Below, piece after piece: positions 26,676 to 35,896 of a stretch of 64,000 nt of DNA (position 1 is its first letter; each line of letters opens with the position of its first letter). The notes below the pieces were generated by a model that searched no databases, was not told the DNA's origin, and worked only from the letters and a program-made list of their open reading frames with translations. Location of the stretch: NCBI GenBank assembly GCA_051252135.1, contig JBPOGH010000019.1, forward strand, positions 1 through 64,000, read 5' to 3'. Made by a program: the position numbers and the translations under genes. Origin of the DNA: Verrucomicrobiaceae bacterium. Lineage in GTDB: Bacteria; Verrucomicrobiota; Verrucomicrobiia; Verrucomicrobiales; Akkermansiaceae.

Positions 26676-27812
26676 ATGATCCACTCAGTTCCTTCTCGTC
26701 GTGAAGCCCTCAGCTTGAGCACCAAAGCCATCCTCGCTTCCACCCTCGGCCTGCAATCATCTTGGGCCGATGTCCGTGAAAACTCCGACCCCCGCCCGCT
26801 CGGCCTCGCCATCCTCGGCCTGGGCGACTACGCCACCACCCGCATCGCCCCCGCCCTCACCAAGACCCGCCACGTCAAACTCACCGGCCTCATCACCGGC
26901 TCCCCCGACAAACTCCCCGGATGGCAGGGCAAATACAAAATCCCCGATGAGAACGTCTACACCTACGACGACCTCGAAAAAATCGCCGACAACAAGGACA
27001 TCGATGTCGTCTACGTCATCACCCCCACCGGCACCCATGCCGATTTCACCATCCGCGCACTTGAAGCCGGCAAGCACGTCATCTGCGAAAAGCCCATGGC
27101 TCCCACCGTGGCCGAATGCGACCGCATGATCGAAGCCGCCAAGAAAGCCAACCGCATGCTCCAGATCGGATACCGCCTCTACTGGGACCCCTACCACACC
27201 CGCCTCATCACCGCCATGCGCGACAAGGAATTTGGCGACTGGACCGCCCTCGAGTCCGGCTTCGGCTACTCCATCAACAAGAACTCCATCCACCTCCCCC
27301 ACATCGCCTGGCGCATCGGCAAGGAACTCGGTATCGCCGGCGCACTCTACGATGTCGGAGTCTACGCCATCCAGGGCGCCTTCTACGCCACCCAAATCCA
27401 CCCCGTCCGCGTCACCGCTACCAGCTCCACCGACCGGCCGGATGTCTTCACCGAAGTCCCCGAAAACTGGGAATGGGAACTCGAATACGCCGATGGCCGC
27501 AAGTCCAAGCACATGGCCAGTTACAATCGCAACGGCAACAACCTTCACGTCCAGACCGAAGAGGGAAAACTCCACATCGACTCCGCCTACAACTACGAAG
27601 GCCAAACCGGAGAAACACCCCTCGGCCCCATGGACTTCGAGCAAGTCTTCCAGCAAGCCCTCCAACTCGACGCCCAGGCCCTCGCCATCCACAAGCGCGC
27701 CTCCAACGTCACCCCCGGAGAAATGGGCCGCCGCGACATCCGCGTCGTCAACGCCGTCATGGAAGCCGCCGCCACCGGAAAACCCGTCGAATTCTCCAAA
27801 TTCGAATATTAG
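26676..27812 (+). CDS. Gfo/Idh/MocA oxidoreductase (glucose-fructose oxidoreductase-like)
   Basis: Tat-like SRREAL; LGLGDYA, DVVYVITP, GKHVICEKPMA, GALYDVGVY. Confidence 0.9.
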   Translation: MIHSVPSRREALSLSTKAILASTLGLQSSWADVRENSDPRPLGLAILGLGDYATTRIAPALTKTRHVKLTGLITGSPDKLPGWQGKYKIPDENVYTYDDLEKIADNKDIDVVYVITPTGTHADFTIRALEAGKHVICEKPMAPTVAECDRMIEAAKKANRMLQIGYRLYWDPYHTRLITAMRDKEFGDWTALESGFGYSINKNSIHLPHIAWRIGKELGIAGALYDVGVYAIQGAFYATQIHPVRVTATSSTDRPDVFTEVPENWEWELEYADGRKSKHMASYNRNGNNLHVQTEEGKLHIDSAYNYEGQTGETPLGPMDFEQVFQQALQLDAQALAIHKRASNVTPGEMGRRDIRVVNAVMEAAATGKPVEFSKFEY

Positions 27813-27815
27813 CCC

Positions 27816-27885
27816 CTCAAAGGCAGGGACCTCAAAGGCAGGGACCTCAAAGGCAGGGACCTTTCTCCGAAAGGTCCGGCTGCTT
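27816..27885 (+). repeat. 3 x 15-nt tandem repeat leading into a family B palindrome
   Basis: (ctcaaaggcagggac)3 followed by ctttctccgaaaggtccggctgctt. Confidence 0.9.
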
Positions 27886-28011
27886 TCATCCCGCTACTCA
27901 AAAAGATCCTCTCCCCTCCCAATCGCCCCCATCCCACGCCGTCCCCCAAAAAAAATCCGACCCCGAACCTAAGCCCGGGGCCGAATTTCACATCACTAGT
28001 TCATACAGAAA

Positions 28012-28323
28012 TTAGTAGCGACCATGCCGATGTCCACGATGGGAGTATCCATGGTCTCCATATCCACCGTAGTTTCCGTAGCCGCCATAGCTTCCATACC
28101 CTTGGCCATAACCATAGCCTTGGTTGTAGTAGGCATTTTTCTTCTTCTGACGGTCCTTGGCCATGCTGTAGCCGATCAAACCGACCGCAGCAGCACCAAT
28201 CACCGCCCCTTCGGGACTCACGGTATTCACCTGACGCCCCTGGGAATCATAAGCGGTTGTGCAGCTGACCCCAAAAAGGCCAACGAGAACGAGAGCGGCA
28301 AATCTGGATAATGGTGTTTTCAT
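28012..28323 (-). CDS. Small lipoprotein with Gly/Tyr-rich tail
   Basis: Lipobox LFGVSC; glycine-zipper GAVIGAAAVG; GYG/YGG repeats. Confidence 0.75.
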   Translation of the reverse strand: MKTPLSRFAALVLVGLFGVSCTTAYDSQGRQVNTVSPEGAVIGAAAVGLIGYSMAKDRQKKKNAYYNQGYGYGQGYGSYGGYGNYGGYGDHGYSHRGHRHGRY

Positions 28324-28357
28324 CTTACCCATAAGACCTGCCGCCCCCGCCATTTAT

Positions 28358-31306
28358 TCATGAAAAAAGACTGAGCAACTCCCGCTCTTCCAACCCCGGC
28401 ACCAGCGCACTCCCCGTATCCAGCGCCGCTTCCATCATCCCCTTCTTCTCTTCTTGCAGCGCGAGAATCTTCTCTTCCACCGTCCCTTTGGTGATGAACT
28501 TGTAGGAATTCACCACCCGCGTCTGCCCGATCCGGTGCGCCCGGTCCGTCGCTTGCGCTTCCACCGCCGGGTTCCACCACGGATCAAGATGAATCACGGT
28601 ATCCGCCGCGGTCAGGTTCAATCCCACCCCACCCGCTTTCAGACTGATCAAAAACACCGGCGCCTTCCCTTCCTGAAATCTCTCCACCACCTCCGCCCGC
28701 TTCTTGGTCTGACCATCAAGATAACAATAATCCCAACCACGCCCCAACAGCATCGGCACCACTCCCTGCAGGAGCTGCACAAACTGACTGAAGACCAACA
28801 CCCGATGGCCTCCCGCCACCGCCTCTTCCAGCAAGCTCTCAAGCTCATCCAACTTAATCCCCGCATCCTTGTCCTCCACCTGAATCCCCGGAAGAAGCCG
28901 CAGATCGCAACACGCCTGACGCAATCGTAACAAAGCCGTCAGCGCCACCATCCGCTTCTTCCCGTCATCCGCCGCATCCACTTGACTCCGACTCTCCTGC
29001 AGCAACTGACGATAAATCGTCGCCTGCTTCGGCGTGAGATCACAGTAACGCACCTGCTCGATCCGCGCCGGCAAGTCCTTCGCCACTTCGGTCTTCAACC
29101 TTCTCAATATCACCGGCTTCAACCGCCTGGCCAAGCGACGACCCAATGCCGGATCACCCCCTTTGCGCAAGGGCTTCTCAAAGCGATCCATAAACGCCTT
29201 CCGCGGCCCCAGATATCCCGGCAACGCAAAGTTCATGATCGACCACAAATCCTGCAGCGAGTTCTCCACCGGCGTTCCCGACACCGCAAAGCGATACTGC
29301 GCCTTCAGCTTGAACACCGCCTTCGACACCTGGGCCTCCGGATTCTTGATCTGCTGGGCCTCATCCAGCACCGCCACCTCGAACTTCTCCGCATGAAACT
29401 TCTCCGCATCAATCCGCAAGATCGCATAGCTCGTCACCAAAAGATCCACCTCCGGAATCGCCCCCCGCTTCGGCCCCACATGCAAGGCTACCGACAACTC
29501 CGGCACCCACTTCTTCGCCTCCGCCGCCCAGTTCTCCACCAGCGATGACGGACACACCACCAAGGCCCGCCCCCCTCGTTGCCGAATAAAGGTCAGCATC
29601 TGCAGCGTCTTTCCGAGCCCCATGTCATCCGCCAAAATGCCACCCATTTTCAGCTCACTCAACTTCCACAACCACCGCACCCCGTCCGCCTGATACGGAC
29701 GCAGCACCTCCGGCAAATCCAACTCCACCTCGTCCTCCGGCTCCAAAGCCATCCCGAAGTCCCGTGCACTCGCCCGCAAAAACTCCGCCTGTCGCACATC
29801 GATCTCAAACACCCCTGGCGTCCCCTGCTTCGGATCACAATCACTCAGCGTCGCGCTCACTTCCTCCACCAACTCCGAATCAATCACCGCAATCTTCCCT
29901 CTCCCAAACGCCTGCTCCGCGCTCCCCATCCGCAGCATCCGCTGCACCTGCGCCGGATCAAGCTCCTCGCCTCCCACGCGGTACTTCGTCTCCACCGCAA
30001 ACCAATCCTGCCCCGTATTCGTCCACTCCCAATCCGGCTTCACCGCCACCACCTGCGCCGCCGCCGCCTCAAAACGCTCACCCTTCTCAACTCTCCAAAC
30101 CGATGGAATCTCAGCCACCGCATAAGCATGAAACTTCAAAATATCCTCCCGCTCCCGCAGCGCCATCCGGCCCCCCTTCAACGGACCTTCAAACCCCCAC
30201 GACCGGAAATACTCCACCACCGCATTCTCCTTCGCCACACTCGTCAACATCCCTTTCTCCGGAATCAACTGCGCCTCCCCATCCTCGCAACCTGCCTTCG
30301 TCCCCTCGTAGTAAAACGACAACCGGGCCTCCAAATGCCGCAGCGATCCTTCCAGATTCACCACCACCTCCGGCACCCCTTCATGCGGCAGCGACTCCCA
30401 AAGCGCATCCGGCACCTCAAACCACTGCTCCAGCTTCGCCAAAACCCACTCAGCTTCCGCTGCACTCACCGTCAGCCCTTTCCCAAGCACCGCCGCCCAC
30501 TTCGATGGCAGCCCCGCACACACCGGCACAAAACTCGCCCCCCTCAAAAGCCACCCCGCACTCCCTTCCGTCAAAATCACCTCATCCCGCGGCCACTGCA
30601 CCGCAATCCGCTCCCCCATCAATCGCAACGGCAGCCTCGGTCCCTCCGCTCTCACCTCCACCCGCTCCTTCTTCCCAAACTGCACCCGCGGATGCCCAAT
30701 GAGACCCTCCACCAATTCCAAAAACTGACCCTTGTCAAAATTCACCACCCCCGGCGCTTCCCCCGGAAAAATCTCCCGCAACACCCGCCACAATTCCTCA
30801 TCAGCCGACTCCAACCGATACGGCCCCTCACCCAGAGCCGACAGCAAAGTCTCCTCCCCATCCACTTCCGCCCCAAACCCCACCATCAACTGACCCCGCT
30901 CCCACGCCGCCTCCACCTTCAGCGGCAACATCACCGAGAGCGTCACCTCCGCCCCCTCCTCCTCAATCTTCGGCCACCGGTCCTCCACCACCTCAGCCAC
31001 CGTCTCCTCCACCGCCACACTCTGTGGATCAATCAACTCAAGCCCCACCGCAATCACATGCGCACACACCCGCCCGTCACGCCGCACCATCAGGCAGGTG
31101 CACTTGTTCTCCATATGAGTCCGCGAGATAATCTCCATACTCACTTTCTTCATCTTCCCCCCAACCCGCAGCTCCCCCGATAGCACACCACCTTCATACG
31201 ATGCCGACTTCACCCCGCCCTCACGGTGAATCACCCGTGCCTTTTTCATCTCCTGCCACCCTCCGGCATCCATCAACAGGTCGCGTGTCAGTTCCAGATG
31301 GCTCAT
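28358..31306 (-). CDS. SNF2/SWI2 family helicase with N-terminal SWIM zinc finger
   Basis: CTC...VCAH (SWIM); LRPYQ..G, GILADDMGLGKT, DEAQ.IKN, SGTPVEN, LISLKAGG.GLNLT, DPWWNPAVE.QATDRAHRIGQ. Confidence 0.95.
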   Translation of the reverse strand: MSHLELTRDLLMDAGGWQEMKKARVIHREGGVKSASYEGGVLSGELRVGGKMKKVSMEIISRTHMENKCTCLMVRRDGRVCAHVIAVGLELIDPQSVAVEETVAEVVEDRWPKIEEEGAEVTLSVMLPLKVEAAWERGQLMVGFGAEVDGEETLLSALGEGPYRLESADEELWRVLREIFPGEAPGVVNFDKGQFLELVEGLIGHPRVQFGKKERVEVRAEGPRLPLRLMGERIAVQWPRDEVILTEGSAGWLLRGASFVPVCAGLPSKWAAVLGKGLTVSAAEAEWVLAKLEQWFEVPDALWESLPHEGVPEVVVNLEGSLRHLEARLSFYYEGTKAGCEDGEAQLIPEKGMLTSVAKENAVVEYFRSWGFEGPLKGGRMALREREDILKFHAYAVAEIPSVWRVEKGERFEAAAAQVVAVKPDWEWTNTGQDWFAVETKYRVGGEELDPAQVQRMLRMGSAEQAFGRGKIAVIDSELVEEVSATLSDCDPKQGTPGVFEIDVRQAEFLRASARDFGMALEPEDEVELDLPEVLRPYQADGVRWLWKLSELKMGGILADDMGLGKTLQMLTFIRQRGGRALVVCPSSLVENWAAEAKKWVPELSVALHVGPKRGAIPEVDLLVTSYAILRIDAEKFHAEKFEVAVLDEAQQIKNPEAQVSKAVFKLKAQYRFAVSGTPVENSLQDLWSIMNFALPGYLGPRKAFMDRFEKPLRKGGDPALGRRLARRLKPVILRRLKTEVAKDLPARIEQVRYCDLTPKQATIYRQLLQESRSQVDAADDGKKRMVALTALLRLRQACCDLRLLPGIQVEDKDAGIKLDELESLLEEAVAGGHRVLVFSQFVQLLQGVVPMLLGRGWDYCYLDGQTKKRAEVVERFQEGKAPVFLISLKAGGVGLNLTAADTVIHLDPWWNPAVEAQATDRAHRIGQTRVVNSYKFITKGTVEEKILALQEEKKGMMEAALDTGSALVPGLEERELLSLFS

Positions 31307-31358
31307 CGCCGCGAAGACTAGTCTTGCTCCTTCCCGATTGTCTCGCAAAATTCAACCC

Positions 31359-31820
31359 GTGACCAAAGCCGAGGCCATTTCCCAACTCCGCAAGCAGATC
31401 GACTCCAAAGTCGACGTGCTCAAATCCGCCCTCGCCGACTCCGAGGAAGGATCCAGCGGCGACGAAACCAAATCCGAGGGAAAGTACGACACCCGCGCCG
31501 TCGAAGCCTCCTACCTCGCCCAGGCCCAAGCCGATCAACTCGAGATCGCCGAGCAAAACGCCGGCACCTTCAAGCGCTTCGAAGCCCCGGACTACGATCT
31601 CTCCGACCCCATCGGCCCCGGCGCCCTCGTCGAGACCGATGAAGACGGCGAGATCAACTTCTACTTCCTCGCCCCCACCGGTGGCGGCATGACCATCGAC
31701 TTCCTGGGCTGTGAACTCACCGTCATCACCCCGGACTCCCGCCTCTACCAATCTCTCCTCGAGAAAAAAATGGGCGACCAACTCGAGTCCCCCTCCCTCA
31801 TGGTCACCGGAATCGAATAG
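31359..31820 (+). CDS. GreA/GreB-like elongation factor family protein
   Basis: ETKSEGKYDTR.VEASYLA; C-terminal IGPGALV...VITPDS.L...L..K..GD. Confidence 0.75.
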   Translation: MTKAEAISQLRKQIDSKVDVLKSALADSEEGSSGDETKSEGKYDTRAVEASYLAQAQADQLEIAEQNAGTFKRFEAPDYDLSDPIGPGALVETDEDGEINFYFLAPTGGGMTIDFLGCELTVITPDSRLYQSLLEKKMGDQLESPSLMVTGIE

Positions 31821-31821
31821 A

Positions 31822-31852
31822 CAAAAAAGCCGCACCTTCCGGCGCGGCTTTG
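31822..31852 (-). terminator. Terminator between convergent genes; duplicated at about 32918-32950
   Basis: aaaaaagccgc-accttccggc-gcggcttt hairpin with A run (T run on - strand). Confidence 0.75.
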
Positions 31853-31873
31853 AAAGAATTCTAAGTCTCAGGA

Positions 31874-32701
31874 CTATCGGCGACGACGCAGAAGTCCAAG
31901 ACCTCCGAGAAGCGCGAGAGCAAATGAGCTCGGCTCAGGCACGGTAATCGCACCAAGAGCGGTTCCGCTCAAACCCTGGCTATGGATCAGGGCAACTTCT
32001 CCATCCGTAAGCGCACGGTCCCACATGCCGACATCATCAAGCATGCCGTTCCACTGGCGTCCGTTATCAGGGTTGCCACCAATCCAAAGCTGATTGGTTC
32101 CATTCTCAAGAATCGTTCCGGTTCCTCCGGTAACATTGAGAACTCCGTCCACATACAGCTTGGTAACACTTCCTTGGGTGGTTGCTACGATGTGATGCCA
32201 AAGATTGTCTCCGGCAGGCCCTGGTCCGATCGTCGTCGTGCTCACGATGTCGGAGCTCGCTCCACCACCGGCGTAAGCCACTGGGACAGGGTTGTTAGTA
32301 CCACGGAGAGCGACCCGGTAATCCTGGGCTTCACCGTGGGCAATGATGCCCTGCCAACCGGTGTCCCGGTTAGCCAGATTGACCCAGATCGAGATCGAAA
32401 GATCCGCTCCGGTGCGGTCAATGTCATCAGTTCCACCGGTCGGATCCGGCACGGAAATGTGATTGCCTGCACCACCGGGGAAGCTTCCTCCGGAACCCAG
32501 AATTCCAGCAGCGAAGGACACCGAACCGTTCACGGTTCCGTTGTCGGTCGAAGTGCCGGTCGATTCCGCAATACTGCCGGCGACGTCATTAGCGTCACCG
32601 TCAAGCGGCCAGTAATTCAGCAACCCTGCATGAATGGACGCCGCATTCGCTGAAAGCGAAGCCGCCACCAAGAAGGCTGGGATAAGTAGTTTTTTCTTCA
32701 T
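31874..32701 (-). CDS. PEP-CTERM protein with LamG-like domain (paralog 1)
   Basis: Signal MKKKLLIPAFLVAASLSANA; YWPLDG, WHHIVAT, LYVDG, LDDVGMWDRAL; VPEPSS...LLRRRR. Confidence 0.92.
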   Translation of the reverse strand: MKKKLLIPAFLVAASLSANAASIHAGLLNYWPLDGDANDVAGSIAESTGTSTDNGTVNGSVSFAAGILGSGGSFPGGAGNHISVPDPTGGTDDIDRTGADLSISIWVNLANRDTGWQGIIAHGEAQDYRVALRGTNNPVPVAYAGGGASSDIVSTTTIGPGPAGDNLWHHIVATTQGSVTKLYVDGVLNVTGGTGTILENGTNQLWIGGNPDNGRQWNGMLDDVGMWDRALTDGEVALIHSQGLSGTALGAITVPEPSSFALALLGGLGLLRRRR

Positions 32702-32970
32702 TGTATGTATTCCTTTACCCCGTCGCAGCAACCATAGCCAATTAAGCACTAGATCACGCGACGGATCGGCTTTTCTAATCATTTGGCATGAAAATTCGAG
32801 CTTTTTTTTCGCCCAGTTGGGCTGGAAAAGGTAATCCCGAGCCGAGCCAAAACCTCCTGATATCCCTCCATCATCCCCTGGAATCCCCCTCCATCATAAT
32901 CATCGGAATCGAGCAGACAAAAAAAGCCGCACCTTCCGGCGCGGCTTTGAAAGAATTTTAAGTCGCAAGA

Positions 32971-33810
32971 CTATCGGCGGCGACGCAGAAGGCCAAGACC
33001 TCCAAGAAGCGCGAGACAGATCGAGCTGGGCTCGGGAATGGCACCAAGAGCGACCCCATTGCTACCGGAAGCGAAAATCAATCCAACTTCAGACGCACTG
33101 AGCGCACGGTCCCAAATAGCCACATCGTCAATCAAACCATGGAATTCACGGCCCGCACGATCGGGGTTTCCTCCGATCATCAGCATGTTGGTATTGTCAC
33201 CACTCTGGCCGATGTTCACTCCGGAGGCAGTGCCTTCCAAAAGACCATCAACGTAGAAATTTGCATCTCCACCGTGCACAGCAGACAACACAATATTGTG
33301 CCAGATTCCACTTCCCGAAGCAGGACCATAGGTGTTGGTCGTGACGATATCAGGCACTCCGGCAACACCGGCAAATTTCACAGGATCGGAGGTGCCCTGA
33401 CGCGCAAGTCGGTAGTCAGAACCCTCACCGTGAGCTACGATGCCTTGCCAACCGACAGTATAGGAAGATCCCTGAACCCAGACAGACAGGGTCATATCAG
33501 AGCCGAAACGGTCGACGTCGTTCGCGACTCCACCGGCACCAGAAGCTCCACCATCGGGAACGGTAATGTTATTTCCAGCACCACCGGGGAAGTTTCCGGC
33601 AGAACCAAGAAGTCCTGCAGAGAAGCTAACGGAGCCATTTACGGTTCCATTGTCTGCTGTGACCCCGGTCGATTCGGCATAGCTGCCCGCAGTGTCAGTC
33701 GCGTCACCGTCAAGCGGCCAGTAATTCAGCAGCCCTGCATGGATTCCGGCTGCATTCGCTGAAAGCGAAGCTGCCACCAGGAAGGCTGGGATAAGTAGTT
33801 GTTTTTTCAT
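32971..33810 (-). CDS. PEP-CTERM protein with LamG-like domain (paralog 2)
   Basis: Near-identical signal and N-terminus to paralog 1; IDDVAIWDRAL; IPEPSS...LLRRRR. Confidence 0.92.
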   Translation of the reverse strand: MKKQLLIPAFLVAASLSANAAGIHAGLLNYWPLDGDATDTAGSYAESTGVTADNGTVNGSVSFSAGLLGSAGNFPGGAGNNITVPDGGASGAGGVANDVDRFGSDMTLSVWVQGSSYTVGWQGIVAHGEGSDYRLARQGTSDPVKFAGVAGVPDIVTTNTYGPASGSGIWHNIVLSAVHGGDANFYVDGLLEGTASGVNIGQSGDNTNMLMIGGNPDRAGREFHGLIDDVAIWDRALSASEVGLIFASGSNGVALGAIPEPSSICLALLGGLGLLRRRR

Positions 33811-33925
33811 TGTATGTATTCCTCTTAACCGTTGAACCAACCCCTGCAAAAACTTGCCCAAGCGCTCAATGGATCGTTCTTTCTAACGGATTGACATCAA
33901 AGAACGAGCTTTTTCCCAAATCCGC

Positions 33926-34633
33926 CTACGCCCGCGCCTTCTCCAGACGCATAAGAACCTCTTCGTATCCCTCCATCACCCCGCCCAAATCCTGACGAAA
34001 GCGGTCTTTATCCATCTTCTTCCCTGTCGTCGCATCCCAGAGGCGACAAGTATCGGGACTCACTTCGTCAGCCAACACGATGTTCCCATCCCCATCCTTC
34101 CCGAACTCAATCTTGAAATCCACCAGCTTGAGACCGCATTCGAGGAAAAAATCCGTCATCACCTGATTGATCACCAGCGCCTGCTCCTTCAAAAAAGCAC
34201 ACTCCTCGGGCGTCGCCAGCCCCATTTCACGGGCATAGTCGTCATTGATGAGCGGATCGCCCAATTCGTCCGACTTGTAGGAAAACTCCACAATCGGGGT
34301 CTTAAACTGCGCCCCCTCCTCAATCCCGGTCCTCTTGCAGAAGCTTCCCGCCGCCAGATTCCGCACAATCACCTCCACCATCAGAATATCGACCTTCTTC
34401 ACCAGCAGATTGATCTCATCCACATCCGCTACCAGGTGCGTTGGCACCCCCTTCTCCTCCATCATCTGGTACATGAGAAGGGTGATCGCCTTGTTCAGCT
34501 TCCCCTTGTTCTCAAATTGAGCCTTCTTTAAGGCGTTAAATGCCGTGGCATCATCCTTGTATTCCATCCGCAAAACGGAAGGGTCGTCGGTGGCGTAAAG
34601 CTTCTTGGCCTTGCCTTCATAGAGTGGCTCCAT
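33926..34633 (-). CDS. purC: Phosphoribosylaminoimidazolesuccinocarboxamide synthase
   Basis: LYEGKAK, KDDATAFN, EVIVRN..AGS, K.DELGDP, LVDFKIEFG, LADEVSPDTCRLWD, DKDRFR. Confidence 0.97.
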   Translation of the reverse strand: MEPLYEGKAKKLYATDDPSVLRMEYKDDATAFNALKKAQFENKGKLNKAITLLMYQMMEEKGVPTHLVADVDEINLLVKKVDILMVEVIVRNLAAGSFCKRTGIEEGAQFKTPIVEFSYKSDELGDPLINDDYAREMGLATPEECAFLKEQALVINQVMTDFFLECGLKLVDFKIEFGKDGDGNIVLADEVSPDTCRLWDATTGKKMDKDRFRQDLGGVMEGYEEVLMRLEKARA

Positions 34634-34771
34634 GCCCGAAGGCTAGATATCCCAAGCCTCCTTGCCAATCCCAGAAGTGCGGAACCGCCATTCTTCCCCC
34701 TCCCATCGGGATTTTCACCTTGGCAAGTATCCTCCATGCCCGATATTGGGGGTCCTCTCGACTCTTCCCCT

Positions 34772-35803
34772 ATGATCTCCCCTCTGAGAAATTCTTTCTT
34801 TTTGCTCCTCGCCTTCTTCGTGGCCCTCTCTCCCGGGGTTCAGGCCAAGGTCGTCGCCTGGAAGCAATCCGAATACAAGGGCGTCAATTACATCCCCCTC
34901 AGCCAGGTCAAGGAGTTCTATGAGTTCGACACCCTCTCCCTCTCGGGCTCCACCATCACCCTGAAGAACAAAAAAATCACCATCGTCCTCCGCGCCGGCG
35001 GCCAGGAGGTCCTCATGAACAACGTCAAGTTTATCTTCAGCAACCCCATCATCTCCATCCGCGGCGCATACCACGTCTCCTCCACCGATTTGCTGAAAAT
35101 CATCGACCCCATCCTCCGCCCCACCGCCATCGCCAGCGCCAAACCCTTCGATACCGTCATCATCGACCCCGGACACGGCGGCAGCGACTCGGGCGCCACC
35201 AGCAACCTCGGACACGAATCCTACTACAATCTTAAAGTCGGACGCATCCTCCGCGACCACCTCACCAAACTCGGATTCAAGGTCGTCATGACCCGCAATT
35301 CCGACAAATACCTCACTCTCCAGCAACGGGTCGATGTCGCCAACCGATACTCCAACGCCATCTTCGTCAGCATCCACTTCAATTCCGTCGGCGCCCGTGG
35401 TCGCACCCGCGCCCGCGGCATCGAAACCTTCACCCTCTCCCCCGTCGGTGTCGCCCACTACGGCTCCTCCCTCAAAGCCTCGGACTTCCAGCTCCGCGCC
35501 GGAAACCGGCAGGACTCCGCCAACATCGCCCTCGCCACTGCCATCCACTGGGGAACCCGCATGCACCTGAAGAAAAAAGGCATGGACGTCTTCGACCGTG
35601 GCATCCGTCGCGCCCGCTTCAGCGTCCTCACCGGCGTGAAACATCCCGCCGTCCTCCTCGAAGGAGGCTTCCTCAGCCACCCCACCGAAAGCCGCCTCAT
35701 CCACTCCCAAGCCTACCAGTCAAATCTCGCCGAAGCCATCTGCAACTCCATCGTCTTCTACCGAAAGGCCACCATCGACGACCGCAACAAGCCGCGACGA
35801 TAG
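34772..35803 (+). CDS. N-acetylmuramoyl-L-alanine amidase (Amidase_3)
   Basis: Signal peptide; IIDPGHGG.D.GA, MTRNSD..L.L..R, FVSIHFN, PAVLLEGGFLS. Confidence 0.93.
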   Translation: MISPLRNSFFLLLAFFVALSPGVQAKVVAWKQSEYKGVNYIPLSQVKEFYEFDTLSLSGSTITLKNKKITIVLRAGGQEVLMNNVKFIFSNPIISIRGAYHVSSTDLLKIIDPILRPTAIASAKPFDTVIIDPGHGGSDSGATSNLGHESYYNLKVGRILRDHLTKLGFKVVMTRNSDKYLTLQQRVDVANRYSNAIFVSIHFNSVGARGRTRARGIETFTLSPVGVAHYGSSLKASDFQLRAGNRQDSANIALATAIHWGTRMHLKKKGMDVFDRGIRRARFSVLTGVKHPAVLLEGGFLSHPTESRLIHSQAYQSNLAEAICNSIVFYRKATIDDRNKPRR

Positions 35804-35896
35804 CAGCCGCTCTTGCTCAGGCCTTTCCGGCTCACCGAAACTTTTTTGTTTCCGGAGAAAATTCAGTGTTTAGGTTGGGGGGATAACGCCCCACAC

